From Phyllobates terribilis (lineage: Eukaryota): a stretch of 64,000 nt of DNA. The notes under the pieces were generated by a model that saw only the letters and a list, made by a program, of their open reading frames with translations, was not told where the DNA came from and searched no databases. Both the position numbers and the translations under genes were made by a program. Location of the stretch: assembly GCF_046119375.1 (NCBI RefSeq), contig NW_027362769.1:391158001-391222000 (forward strand). Direction: 5' to 3'. Of this stretch, positions 13,071-23,112 are shown in pieces. Each line of letters starts with the position of its first letter. Position 1 is the first letter of the stretch.

Positions 13071-14745
13071 TTCCTAGACATGATCCTGGACTGCTGAACC
13101 TCGGCTCGATTAGTGATGATATTGAAGGAGTCGCCGCTTAGTATCATTTATTCCGACCTGTATAGACCACAAGATCCAGAGACTAAATGGCGCACTCCTC
13201 CCTGAGACGTCTTCCACATGTGAGGGAGTAAAGACTTCACAATTATAGAGTTCACCTATCATTTAACCCTTTCAGGATACAAGTTTATCGGTTCAGGAAT
13301 CAAAAATGAATATTTGCTGTGGGGTCCTGTGATTTCTATGTACACCACTGCCTGCAATGCCAAGTACATCATTTTCTCTCCTTTAATGTGACTGGTCTTC
13401 TTCTTCATTACAGGCAGCTTGTACTGGTACATAGAGCTACATCTTTATATACCAGTGCATTTCTATGTATGTATTTCAATCTATTCTAGTCAGAGATTTT
13501 TTTTTCTTCTTATAAAATTGCTAAAAAAAATTAAAAAACATTTACAGTAATGACATTTTTACTGCGATTTAAAAAAAATAAACATCACAAATCATCAAAT
13601 GACAGACATATCTGGTGTCCCTGTAATCGTAACAATCTGTACAATACGGTGATCAGATTATTTATGGTGATCGGCAAAAAAAGGTGTGTTATATTTTTTC
13701 TGTATTAAACCCATACATTTTTAATAATAATGTAACGCTGAGGCCGTGTTCACACATATTGTAAATGCTGCGTGTTTTCTACAGGTGTCCGCACCACGCG
13801 ACACAATAACGATCCTCTCTGATTATTATGTTTATGCTGCATTTTTTATGCCTTTTTTCCTCTGTTTGATGCATTTTTGGTGCAGACTTGAAGCTGTGAT
13901 TTTTATCTGATAGAAAATATTCTGCATTTTAAAGAGCAACTGCGTTTTTTTCCAGCATTTTTCAGGCTCCACAGATAATAAAACATCTATAATGCAGAGT
14001 TCAGCAGCGTCTTTAGACGCACAGAGGGCAGCAGTTCTCATGACTTCACATCCACTTGATTGGACGTTTAGGCCGTGTTCACACGTGGTGTTAATGCTGC
14101 TTTTTCTGCAAAGTGGATGTGATTCCATGTAAACTCCTGCCCGCCGTGCATCTGAAGACCCTGCTGAACTCTGCCGTCTTGGTGCTTTGTTTCTTTATGA
14201 GGAGCCTGAAAAAAACATGTAAAAATCTCAGTTCCGGTTTTAATACAGAATCAAAGTTTTTCTGGAACATAAAGGGAAACACATTGAAAAACGCGGCTTC
14301 ACATCTGCACCAAAAACGCATCAAAAGAAGGAAAAAAAGCAGAAAAAACCCAATAATGAGAGCAGATTGTTGTTGTGCAGTTGGGTGCGGATCCTGCAGG
14401 AATCTCAGCGCTTCTATCACCACATGGAGATTTACAGAGGACGTCGCCCATCACTGTGAAGTGACGTAACTCCATCTGATAGAAGATATCTCCATGAGAA
14501 GTGACGCTCTCCATGAAGAACGGAGCGGAGAAAGGCGCCGTCATCATCTGTGGGGTCAGTTCACACTTGTAGGTGGATGCTCCCTGTAGTCACAGAGGGG
14601 ATTACTCCAGGTGAGAGATCCCACCATCGCTCCAGAGGAGGAGACGTGAGGAGCGTCCGGACAAAATGTCAGGAGGAAGAAGGTCATGTTCCCAGGGGAA
14701 TTAATATATATTCATCGTGTGCTGGAAATAACCCTGATGTGTAAG

Positions 14746-15485
14746 GCCTCATTCACACATCGCTTATTCATGTACGCGGTGTTCACAGATGGATAGAACA
14801 GGTACATGCTCTATGGGGCTGTTCACATGTCGCTGGTTTTTCCGGGCCGAGTGGTCGGCAAAAGATCTCGGCAACGTGTCCGATTTAGATTCAAGTCACA
14901 GATGAAGTCTATGGGTCAGTGAGAATCACACACAGCACACGGCTGGCGACAGTGCGATTACGGCCTCATTCACACTGCAAGATTTTTATACCAAAACCAG
15001 GAGCGTCTCCGAAACACAGAACAGGTGTCAATATTTCAATTCTAGTTTTTCTCTGTAAATTCCTCTCCTGGTTTTGGCATCAGCAAAATACTGATGAAAT
15101 ACTGATCTGAAATACTGATGTGTGAATGAGGCCTAACACTGTAATAAGGCCACGTTCACACGCTCAGTATCTGGTCAGTATTTTATATCAGTATTTGTAA
15201 GTCAAAATCAAGAATGGAAAAATCAGTGGAAAAGTATAATAGAAACTCGTTGCCGCTTCTGTATTTATCTCCCACTCCAGGTTTCGGCTTACAAATACTG
15301 ATGTAAAATACTGACCAACTACTGACGTGTGAACGTGGCCTAATAGACAGAAGAAGCTTTACAATCATCTGAGAAAATCACTAATAAAACACAGATTGTA
15401 AAAACTGACCGAACACTGATGAAAATCAGAACAAAACCACTGATGGAGAACGGTCCGTGATTTCACTTATGTCTGAATGAGACCT
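14746..15485. mobile_element. Cluster of nested short TIR MITEs (AGGCC...TTCACAC termini)
   Basis: 15147-15341 has perfect 16-bp TIRs AGGCCACGTTCACACG; 14961-15134 has GGCCTCATTCACAC ends. Similar termini at 14746 and ~15475. Confidence 0.75.
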
Positions 15486-15877
15486 AACGATGAGTCCTTC
15501 ATCAGCCACATACAGCGCTCGTCTGCCGGACTCCAACTGATTATTTCAGCCTGAGGAAGAGGAGGAGATGAATTTCACTTCACCAAACTCCACATTTACG
15601 AACACTCTTCTTTGTATGCAGTAAAGTTTTGTGGGTTCTCCACTTACTTTTCCTGCATCAAACTGGTGGTGGATTCTCATTATAATATGACCAGGTGGAG
15701 TCACTACAACTCCTAATCCTACACCAGATCCTCATGGCTGATCGTTAAGTAATTTCTTAAGAACAAATCAGCCGTGAACACAACCATGGAGCTGTAGAGG
15801 TTAATTCATCTCAGAAACCTCCACCCTTCTTATGGAAAGAAACTTTTTAGCTTTGATTCCTGCTCTTTCCCGCTACA

Positions 15878-17446
15878 ATGGCGTCTGCTGAGCTGAGGGA
15901 CCAGCTGAACTGCTCCATCTGCCTGAGCCTCTATACAGATCCCGTATCCCTGAGATGTGGACACAACTTCTGCCGCTCGTGTATTGTGAGTGTGCTGGAT
16001 GCCCAGGAGGCGGCTGGAGGGTATTCCTGTCCTGACTGCAGAGCAGAATATCCGGAGCGTCCGGCCCTGGAGAAGAACCGGAAGCTGAGGAACATAGTGG
16101 AGCGTTTCTCATCTACTCAGCCTGATATGAAGGACACTAGTATCTTCTGTGCTTACTGTACAAAGTCTCCTGTACCGGCTGTGAAATCCTGTCTGCAGTG
16201 TGAGAATACTTTCTGTAATGACCACCTGACTGTCCACAACAAGACATTAGATCATATATTAACAGAACCCACAAGATCTTTTGACAACAAAAAATGTTCC
16301 CTCCACAAGAAGGTTCTGGAGTATTACTGCCCGCAGGACGCGGCTTGTCTGTGTGTGTCTTGCTGTCTGGTTGGTGAACACAGAGGACACCAGGTGGAGC
16401 TTCTAGATGAGGCTTCTGAGAAGAAGAAAAAGGATCTGAGGAAATATCTGGATGAACTAAATCCACAAAAAATAGATATTTGGACAAGAGTCCAGAATCT
16501 GCAGGATCATATAAAAAATATCCAGGAGAAAGCCTCAAATAAAAGGATGAACGTCAGTAAGATATTTATGGACATTAAGAAGCAAGTGGAAATGGCAGAA
16601 AAGAAAGCGCTGAGCGAGGTCTCCAGGCAGGAGGAGAAGATTGTGTCCCAGATATCTCATCTGATCAAGAAGCTGGAAATACAGGAGGACGAGCTGTCCA
16701 GGAAGATGCGTCACGTGGAGGAGATGTGTCGTGTCACTGACCCAATAAGACTCTTACAAGAAAGTGACATTACAGTGTGTAGTCATGGAGGTGATGAGGA
16801 CACCGGGGGAGATGGTGGAGAGGTCAGTTCTGAGGAGGATCTGGATGAGGTTCTGATATCACTGACCTTACACCGATCTATGAGGGATATTGTCACTAAT
16901 GTAACATCAGAGCTCGGGGTCCATGTCCCAGACATATTGCTGGATGTGGACACTGCTCCTAGAAGGGTGAAGATATCAGAAGATCTGAAGACTGCAACAG
17001 ATTCCTATAACAAACCGGTGAGGCTAGAATCACTAGGAAGATTTGTGACATCTGCCCAGGTGTTAAGCAGATGTGGCCTCTTCTCAGGACGACATTACTG
17101 GGAGGTAGAGTGGAACCAGATAGGACAATGTAGTGTTGGGTTGTCCTATCCCAGTATAGAGAAGAAAGGAGAACATTCTGGTATTGGATATAATGATAAA
17201 TCTTGGTGTTTGGATATGTATAATGAAGAATATAATGTATGGCACAACTCGGATGTATTAACCCTCAGTGTAAAGCCAACAAGTCCAACACTTGGAGTCT
17301 TCTTAGACTATGAGGCTGGGCGTCTGTCCTTCTATGAGCTGTGTGACCCCATCAGACACTTACACACCTTCACCGCCTCCTTCACTGAACCCCTACATGT
17401 TGTCTTCTCTGTGGAGGTTGGAGCCTCTGTTACAATAAGAAGCTGA
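15878..17446 (+). CDS. Intronless class IV TRIM E3 ligase (RING-Bbox1-Bbox2-coiled coil-PRY/SPRY), TRIM25/TRIM39-like, 522 aa
   Basis: C3HC4 RING CSICL...CGHNFC..C...CPDC, two B-boxes, coiled coil and SPRY motifs GRHYWEVEW and LGVFLDYEAGRLSFY in one uninterrupted ORF. Confidence 0.97.
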   Translation: MASAELRDQLNCSICLSLYTDPVSLRCGHNFCRSCIVSVLDAQEAAGGYSCPDCRAEYPERPALEKNRKLRNIVERFSSTQPDMKDTSIFCAYCTKSPVPAVKSCLQCENTFCNDHLTVHNKTLDHILTEPTRSFDNKKCSLHKKVLEYYCPQDAACLCVSCCLVGEHRGHQVELLDEASEKKKKDLRKYLDELNPQKIDIWTRVQNLQDHIKNIQEKASNKRMNVSKIFMDIKKQVEMAEKKALSEVSRQEEKIVSQISHLIKKLEIQEDELSRKMRHVEEMCRVTDPIRLLQESDITVCSHGGDEDTGGDGGEVSSEEDLDEVLISLTLHRSMRDIVTNVTSELGVHVPDILLDVDTAPRRVKISEDLKTATDSYNKPVRLESLGRFVTSAQVLSRCGLFSGRHYWEVEWNQIGQCSVGLSYPSIEKKGEHSGIGYNDKSWCLDMYNEEYNVWHNSDVLTLSVKPTSPTLGVFLDYEAGRLSFYELCDPIRHLHTFTASFTEPLHVVFSVEVGASVTIRS

Positions 17447-18051
17447 GGCCAATGTCGTCCACATCACATTATAATTACATTATTTCTTGTCTCATGGTCA
17501 CATCTGTACATAGTGAGTTATTAGCAGGACCCTCTAATAATACAATGTATATGGGGGGAGTCATGGGTGGGATTTTTCCTATTGGATTGGTTTGTCTACC
17601 TTGGACATCAGATGCAAAATCAATAATTGAGGCAAACGGAGATATTAATGGGTAAATTGTCCTAAAACTGATAATTTCTGATCATTAACCCCTTGCTGAT
17701 ATCCTCTGTACTTGTATGGCACAATGATTTTGTTGCTCTCAAGCAGAGCTGAGTGTTAGCTGACACCCTGCTGTAAAAGTCTTGATCGGCGCTATGTATC
17801 CTGGCCATTTGACCTCTCTGATGGCAACAGTAGCATCTGTTTATGTTAGGGAGGGGTCACCCTGTTTGTCCCTATCTGCACCCCATGATTGTGATCACGC
17901 AGTGCTAATGGCAGACATGATGACCCCCAGGCTGAGTAATGGCCAAGGGGTCACCCAGTTATAGTGGCCTCTAAGGTACTGCCATGAGCAGGATCTGACA
18001 TCTCCTGTGAGTGTAAGAGTGACAGGCCTAATACGTTGTCAGATTCTCCTA

Positions 18052-18505
18052 ACAAACACCCGATGCGCGTTTCTCTGTTGCTTCTTCAGGGATCTGGTTG
18101 GTGAGACGCGCGTCAGGTGTTTGGTGGGTGAGCCTGAACATGTCCTCGTTATCATGTGTACTATTTGCACTTCATACTATTTTATTGTTTGGGACCCTAA
18201 TACTGTTGCCACCTTAATTCTTATTTCTATACCTCATTTTTATATTTGGATTCATAACGTGTTTACATTTGATTGCACCTTAGTATATATATATGTCACT
18301 TATAATTTTGGACCAATTCATTGTCCGTTACTTGCTCTGTGACAAGCTTTCTAGGTGTTTGCATTCTTATTCAGATGTCACCTTGCATTGTTTCCATCGT
18401 TGGGGTAAATCCTTTTTTATTGTCTCACCCACCATTCATGTCCATGTTTATTATGATGGATATTTCTTCTTTTAAAAATTATTCAATAAAGATCATTGAT
18501 CATGT
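18052..18505. mobile_element. Penelope-like pseudo-LTR remnant with degenerate hammerhead motif (copy at ~36296-36740)
   Basis: Short inverted arms around a minus-strand CTGAAGA...GAAACGCGC core; an AT-rich tail contains AATAAA. Confidence 0.45.
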
Positions 18506-18603
18506 TTAATTAATATCTACTTTACTCCTCGCACATTTCTTATTTTTGGGCTTATAAATCAATCTAGTAAAATCCATATTCAGAAAACCAACTGGCCCCT
18601 TCT

Positions 18604-19018
18604 GACCAAGGTCGCATGGCGGCTCAGTCGACTCCATGAACCAGGGAGGAATCGAGCAGAGGGACCAGGTGCTACTCCAGGTCAGACCCCGGTCACAGCT
18701 GTTGACCCACACCGGGGAATGCAGGAACAGGCAGGTTAGGCTGGCATACAGACAGGTGGGTACTGGCAGGCACGGCTGGCATACAGACAGGTGGGTACTG
18801 GCAGGCACGGCTGGTATGCAGACAGGTGGGTACTGGCAGGTAGGAACGCAGGCAGGATAGGGACCAGTACAGACTGGGATACAGGAACAGAGCCACAGAG
18901 CAAAACCCGCAGGTGCAGTAGAAAAGCAGAGCAAAACCCGCAGGTACGGTAGACAAGCAGAGCAGAGCAAAAACCGCAGGTGCCGTAGACAAGCAGAGCA
19001 GAGCAAAACCCGCAGGTG
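18604..19018 (-). mobile_element. Inverted internal fragment of a related LTR subfamily
   Basis: Reverse complement of the LTR 3' region. The left junction has 3-nt GAC microhomology with the TRIM downstream sequence. Confidence 0.85.
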
Positions 19019-21042
19019 CTTCGTTTCCTCTAATGGTCAGAAGAGGTAATCCTCTTGAAGAGAAGGATTGGCCTCCAAATTCTCTGCAGAAGACCCTTGC
19101 AGGCTTAAAGGGGAGGCGGGTACTGTAACATCCCTGGCGGCGTACTTGCATAGTGCACCACCTCCCACTACGCAAGACCGCAATCTTACCTGTTAATCCA
19201 GCCTACAAACCTTGCTCCAGTTCATGCTGTGTGCATGTCTCTTGACTGACTGCTTAGGGCGGCGGCCCGGTTACTTCCTGATTCTTGTTGCTGCTGTGGG
19301 CGCACCCCTAATGCGTCTCCAGCCTATTGCTGTGAGTCACTGGTTATTTAAGCCCCTTCCACTCAGAAGGAGGTGCCTGAGCAACACCTTCACTCAGTTA
19401 GTCTTTGCTACTGAATTGCCAGGTCCTGCCCTGTCTCTAGTCTGTTTCCGCCACTCTGGGGGCTGCATACCCAGACCTGTTATCTCTGACTTCTAATTTG
19501 TTTTCGCCACTCTGGGGGCTGTATACCCAGGCTCGTTCTTGTATCTCATTGCAGTAGCAGTTCCTGTCTGAACTGTATCCTAGCCTGTTACCTGTTTGTC
19601 TCTATATCAGTACCTTCCCTTTTCCTGCAGTATCTGAACCTGCACCTAACTCCAACTCGTTGTCTCTGTACTTCTGTTTGTGAGTTTTGTGTCCCCTCAC
19701 TACTTCATAGGAAGTACCTTGTGTGTATCTAGTTCTGCTTGTCCCTTTTCCCTTCCTCCGTATCTTCCTCCTGTGTTCTAGCCATCTTCCTGTATTTTCC
19801 AGTCTGTTCCATGTGAACAGAGCCCTGTCCTCTCTACCTTCTCCACCGCACCTGCGGTTTCGCTCCGCTCAGTCTTGCCCACCGCTCCGGCGGTTTCTCT
19901 CTGCTCTTACTTGCCCACCGCCCGGCGGCTTCTCTCTGCTCTGACTTGCTAACCGCACCAGCGGTTTCTCTCTGCTCTGACTTGCCCACCGCTCCGGCGG
20001 TTTCTCTCTGCTCTGACTTGCCCACTGCTCCGGCGGCTTCCCTCTGCTCTCACTTGCTAACCGCACCAGCGGTTTCTCTCTGCTCTGACTTGCCCACCGC
20101 TCCAGCGGCTTCCCTCTGCTCTGCCTTACTCACCGCTCCGGTGGCTTCTATCTGCTGTGACTTGCCCACCGCTCCGGCGACTTCTCTCTGCTCTGACTTG
20201 CTCACCGCATCAGCGGTTTCTCTCTGCTCTGACTTGCCCACCGCTCCGGCGGCTTCTCTCTGCTCTGCTCTGCCCATCGCTCCGGCGGTTCCGCTCTGCT
20301 CTGCCTTGTCCACCGCACCAGTGGTTTCTCTCTGCTCTGACTTGCCCACCGCTCCGGCGGCTTCTCTCTGCTCTGCTTTGCCCACCGCTCCGGCGGCTTC
20401 TTTCTGCTCTGCCTTGTCCACTGCTCCGGCGGTTCAGCTCTGCTCTGCCTTGCCCACCGCATCTGTGGTTTTCGCTCCGCTCTGCTTGCTCACCGCACCA
20501 GCAGTTCCTCTCTGCTCTGCCTTGTCCTCCACTCCAGCGGTTTCGCTTTACTCTGCTTGTCTACCGCATCTGCGGCTCTGTACCTGTCTCCCAGTCTGTA
20601 CTGGACCCTATCCAGCCTGCGCTCCAACCTGCTTGTACCTCCCTGTCTGCACTCCAACCGTGCTTGCCGGTATCTCCCTGCCTGCTTACCAGCCGTGCTT
20701 GCCAGTGCCCACCTGTCTGCATACCAGCCGTGCTTGCTAGTACCCACCTGTCTGCATACCAGCCGTACTTGCCAAAACCCACTTGCCTGTATGCCAGCCT
20801 AACCTGCCTGTTTCTGCATTCCCTGGTGTGGGTCAACAACTGTGACCGGGGTCTGACCTGGAGTCGCACCTGGTCCCTCTGCTCGGTTCCTCCTTGGTCC
20901 ACGGAGTCGACTATGCCGCCGTGCGACCTTGGTCGGATCGGGTTGATACTTAGTTACACCCCTCCAGGCACTCCTCGGTTCATGGTACAGTTGGATCACT
21001 AATCACACTCACGCCAGTCAGTCCGGGCGCGAGCGTAACAGT

Positions 21043-23112
21043 TTGCTCAGGCCATGGTTCCCGTTGAGCCCCACGGCCTTTCGCTCTCAGAGACATTTTG
21101 AATCCTTGTCTGGCGAATACGTGCACCAAAAAAAAATTTTTTCTCAAGCTATGGCCCAGGCGATTTATGCACCAGCCCAAATGGATCTATCAGCACTCAT
21201 TCCTGCGGATCCACCACGGTACTATGGGGATCCAAAACGTAGCCGTGCATTTGTGGAGGAATGCATGCTGCATTTCAAGTTCTATGCTCACTATTTTCCT
21301 ACCGATCGGGTTAAAGTGGCATTTATGATGTCCTATCTTGCGGGTGACGCCTTGAAATGGATCACCCCCCTATGGGAAGCATGGGATCCTATCGTCTTTG
21401 ACCTGCAGGCCTTTCTAATGGTCTTCGATGACCCTAATCCTGAAGCCTCTGCTAAAGCTTCCCTTCCCAATATCCCGGAGCAGCCCCGATGGGTAATGTG
21501 TGTAGGTAGCCTACCAGTCCTCCAGCCCGAAGAGACTGTTGCCCACCCAGAATCCACACAGGATGACTATGCTCTACAGAATACTTCTCTTCCCAACCTC
21601 AAGAGGCAGTCCAGATGTGCAAGGCGTAGAGGTAAACCGTCATGCCAGGTTCTGTCCTCCCAAAGACCTCCTGTTCCCCAGCCTGTAGAGGCAGCTTTCC
21701 GCACAGAATCCATGAAGGATGACAATGTTCGTCAGGCAAAGCAGAAGCCAGAACTCAGTCACAAAATCGGATTGCGGTCCCGCTGCGGTGGTTTGGGACC
21801 CCCTGACGGTCTTTGTCCGGCGAAGGTTGGAGAATCCCAAGACATTAGGCCTGTAGAAGAGGCTGCCTTTGGCGTTAGTGTTTCCTCTCCACAGATGACC
21901 ATGACTGAGTCCGTGGCAAGTGAAGGCCTCGGATTAACCGGAAGTTTCGGGCTTAAAGCCTTGAAGAGTCGGTGTCTTATTCCCGTCCGACAACTCCAGA
22001 AGCCGGTTTGGGCATTGTCAGCAGAAGGACGAGCCCTACTCAGAAACAGCCAAAATATGTCTGTACAAACTAAGCTCCAGATTGGAGCATTACACATGAA
22101 GAAGTTCACATTCCAGGTGCTGACTGGCTTACCCACAGGTCGTCCAGAGCCGAGAGATCTAGTGCCCGCTCAGGTCTGGAGACCCTGCATGGTGTATCCT
22201 GGGGGACTGCAAAAGTACAAGGGGTGTCTAGTCCCCATATCTTCAGGACAGTCAGCAGTTTCTTCTTCTTCTTCACCAGATCTGCTAGTTGCTGAATCAC
22301 TGTGCGCTGAAGTCTCCGAAGGAAGAGAAGCGGAGGCGATGTCGCCACACAGTCTCGACGATTGTACCAATGATCTGGCTTCAGGTACCATCCCGCCTTA
22401 CAGACATGTCATCTCTGAAACCAGTCTGAAGATGGTCCTAAAGCAAGGACCCTCCGTCTCTTATAAATCTGGTCTTACGTCCATCAAGGTGGTGTTTACC
22501 CCCTTGTCTCTGCACCCCTCCAACCAGGCGGAGGACCTCCAGTTGTCTCCTGAATCCTCTGGGGTGCTACCTGATAACAAAGGGAGAGAGACTTTCCTAC
22601 ACCCTGTACCTAGTACTTCGCCCACTTCATCCAGTAAGCTTGACAAAGTGTACTTCGAAGCAGTAATCACCCCCGAGTCTCTGCACTCCTCCAACCAGGT
22701 GGAGGACCTCCTGTTGTCTCCTGAGTCCTCCGGGGTGCTACATGTTAAACTGAGAGAGACTTTCCTACACTCGGTACCTGGTACGCCGCCCATGTCATCC
22801 AGTAAGCTTGGCAAAGTGTATGTCAAGGCGGTGGTTACCCCTGAGTCTCTGCACCCCTCCAACCAGGCGGAGGACCTCCAGTTGTCACCTGAATCCACCA
22901 GGGTGCTACCTGATAACAAATGTAGAGAGACTTTTCTGTATGCTGTTCCTGGTACTTCACCCACTTCATCTGTTGCTGAGGATGGCTTGATAGGAGGAAG
23001 CATCCCAGTCACCAAGATGATGAGACCAGTTTCGTTTCCTCTAATGGACAGAAGAGGTAATCCTCTTGAAGATGTAATGCACACGCCCGGGCTGAGCGGC
23101 GTGTGCGTGTGA
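21043..23112 (+). CDS. Ty3/Gypsy Gag-like ORF (sushi/PEG10-type capsid N-terminus) with decayed pol-like remnants and internal repeats
   Basis: PPRYYGDPKRSRAFVEEC...DRVKVAFMMSYLAGDALKW...VFDDP Gag motif; degenerate knuckle CGGLGPPDGLC; no YxDD or DDE. The real start codon is uncertain; the last ~13 codons come from the inserted LTR. Confidence 0.75.
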   Translation: MLRPWFPLSPTAFRSQRHFESLSGEYVHQKKIFSQAMAQAIYAPAQMDLSALIPADPPRYYGDPKRSRAFVEECMLHFKFYAHYFPTDRVKVAFMMSYLAGDALKWITPLWEAWDPIVFDLQAFLMVFDDPNPEASAKASLPNIPEQPRWVMCVGSLPVLQPEETVAHPESTQDDYALQNTSLPNLKRQSRCARRRGKPSCQVLSSQRPPVPQPVEAAFRTESMKDDNVRQAKQKPELSHKIGLRSRCGGLGPPDGLCPAKVGESQDIRPVEEAAFGVSVSSPQMTMTESVASEGLGLTGSFGLKALKSRCLIPVRQLQKPVWALSAEGRALLRNSQNMSVQTKLQIGALHMKKFTFQVLTGLPTGRPEPRDLVPAQVWRPCMVYPGGLQKYKGCLVPISSGQSAVSSSSSPDLLVAESLCAEVSEGREAEAMSPHSLDDCTNDLASGTIPPYRHVISETSLKMVLKQGPSVSYKSGLTSIKVVFTPLSLHPSNQAEDLQLSPESSGVLPDNKGRETFLHPVPSTSPTSSSKLDKVYFEAVITPESLHSSNQVEDLLLSPESSGVLHVKLRETFLHSVPGTPPMSSSKLGKVYVKAVVTPESLHPSNQAEDLQLSPESTRVLPDNKCRETFLYAVPGTSPTSSVAEDGLIGGSIPVTKMMRPVSFPLMDRRGNPLEDVMHTPGLSGVCV

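Noticed and set aside
15488-15620. CTGATGAAGGAC (minus) and CTGAGGAAGAGG (plus) as hammerhead cores
   Set aside because: No convincing stem II or GAAA partner could be found.
19834-21002. ORFs such as AEQREAAGAVGK / TAPAVSLCSDLP repeats (also 16-320, 925-1288, 25787-26433)
   Set aside because: Translations of the ~39-bp tandem repeat inside LTRs.
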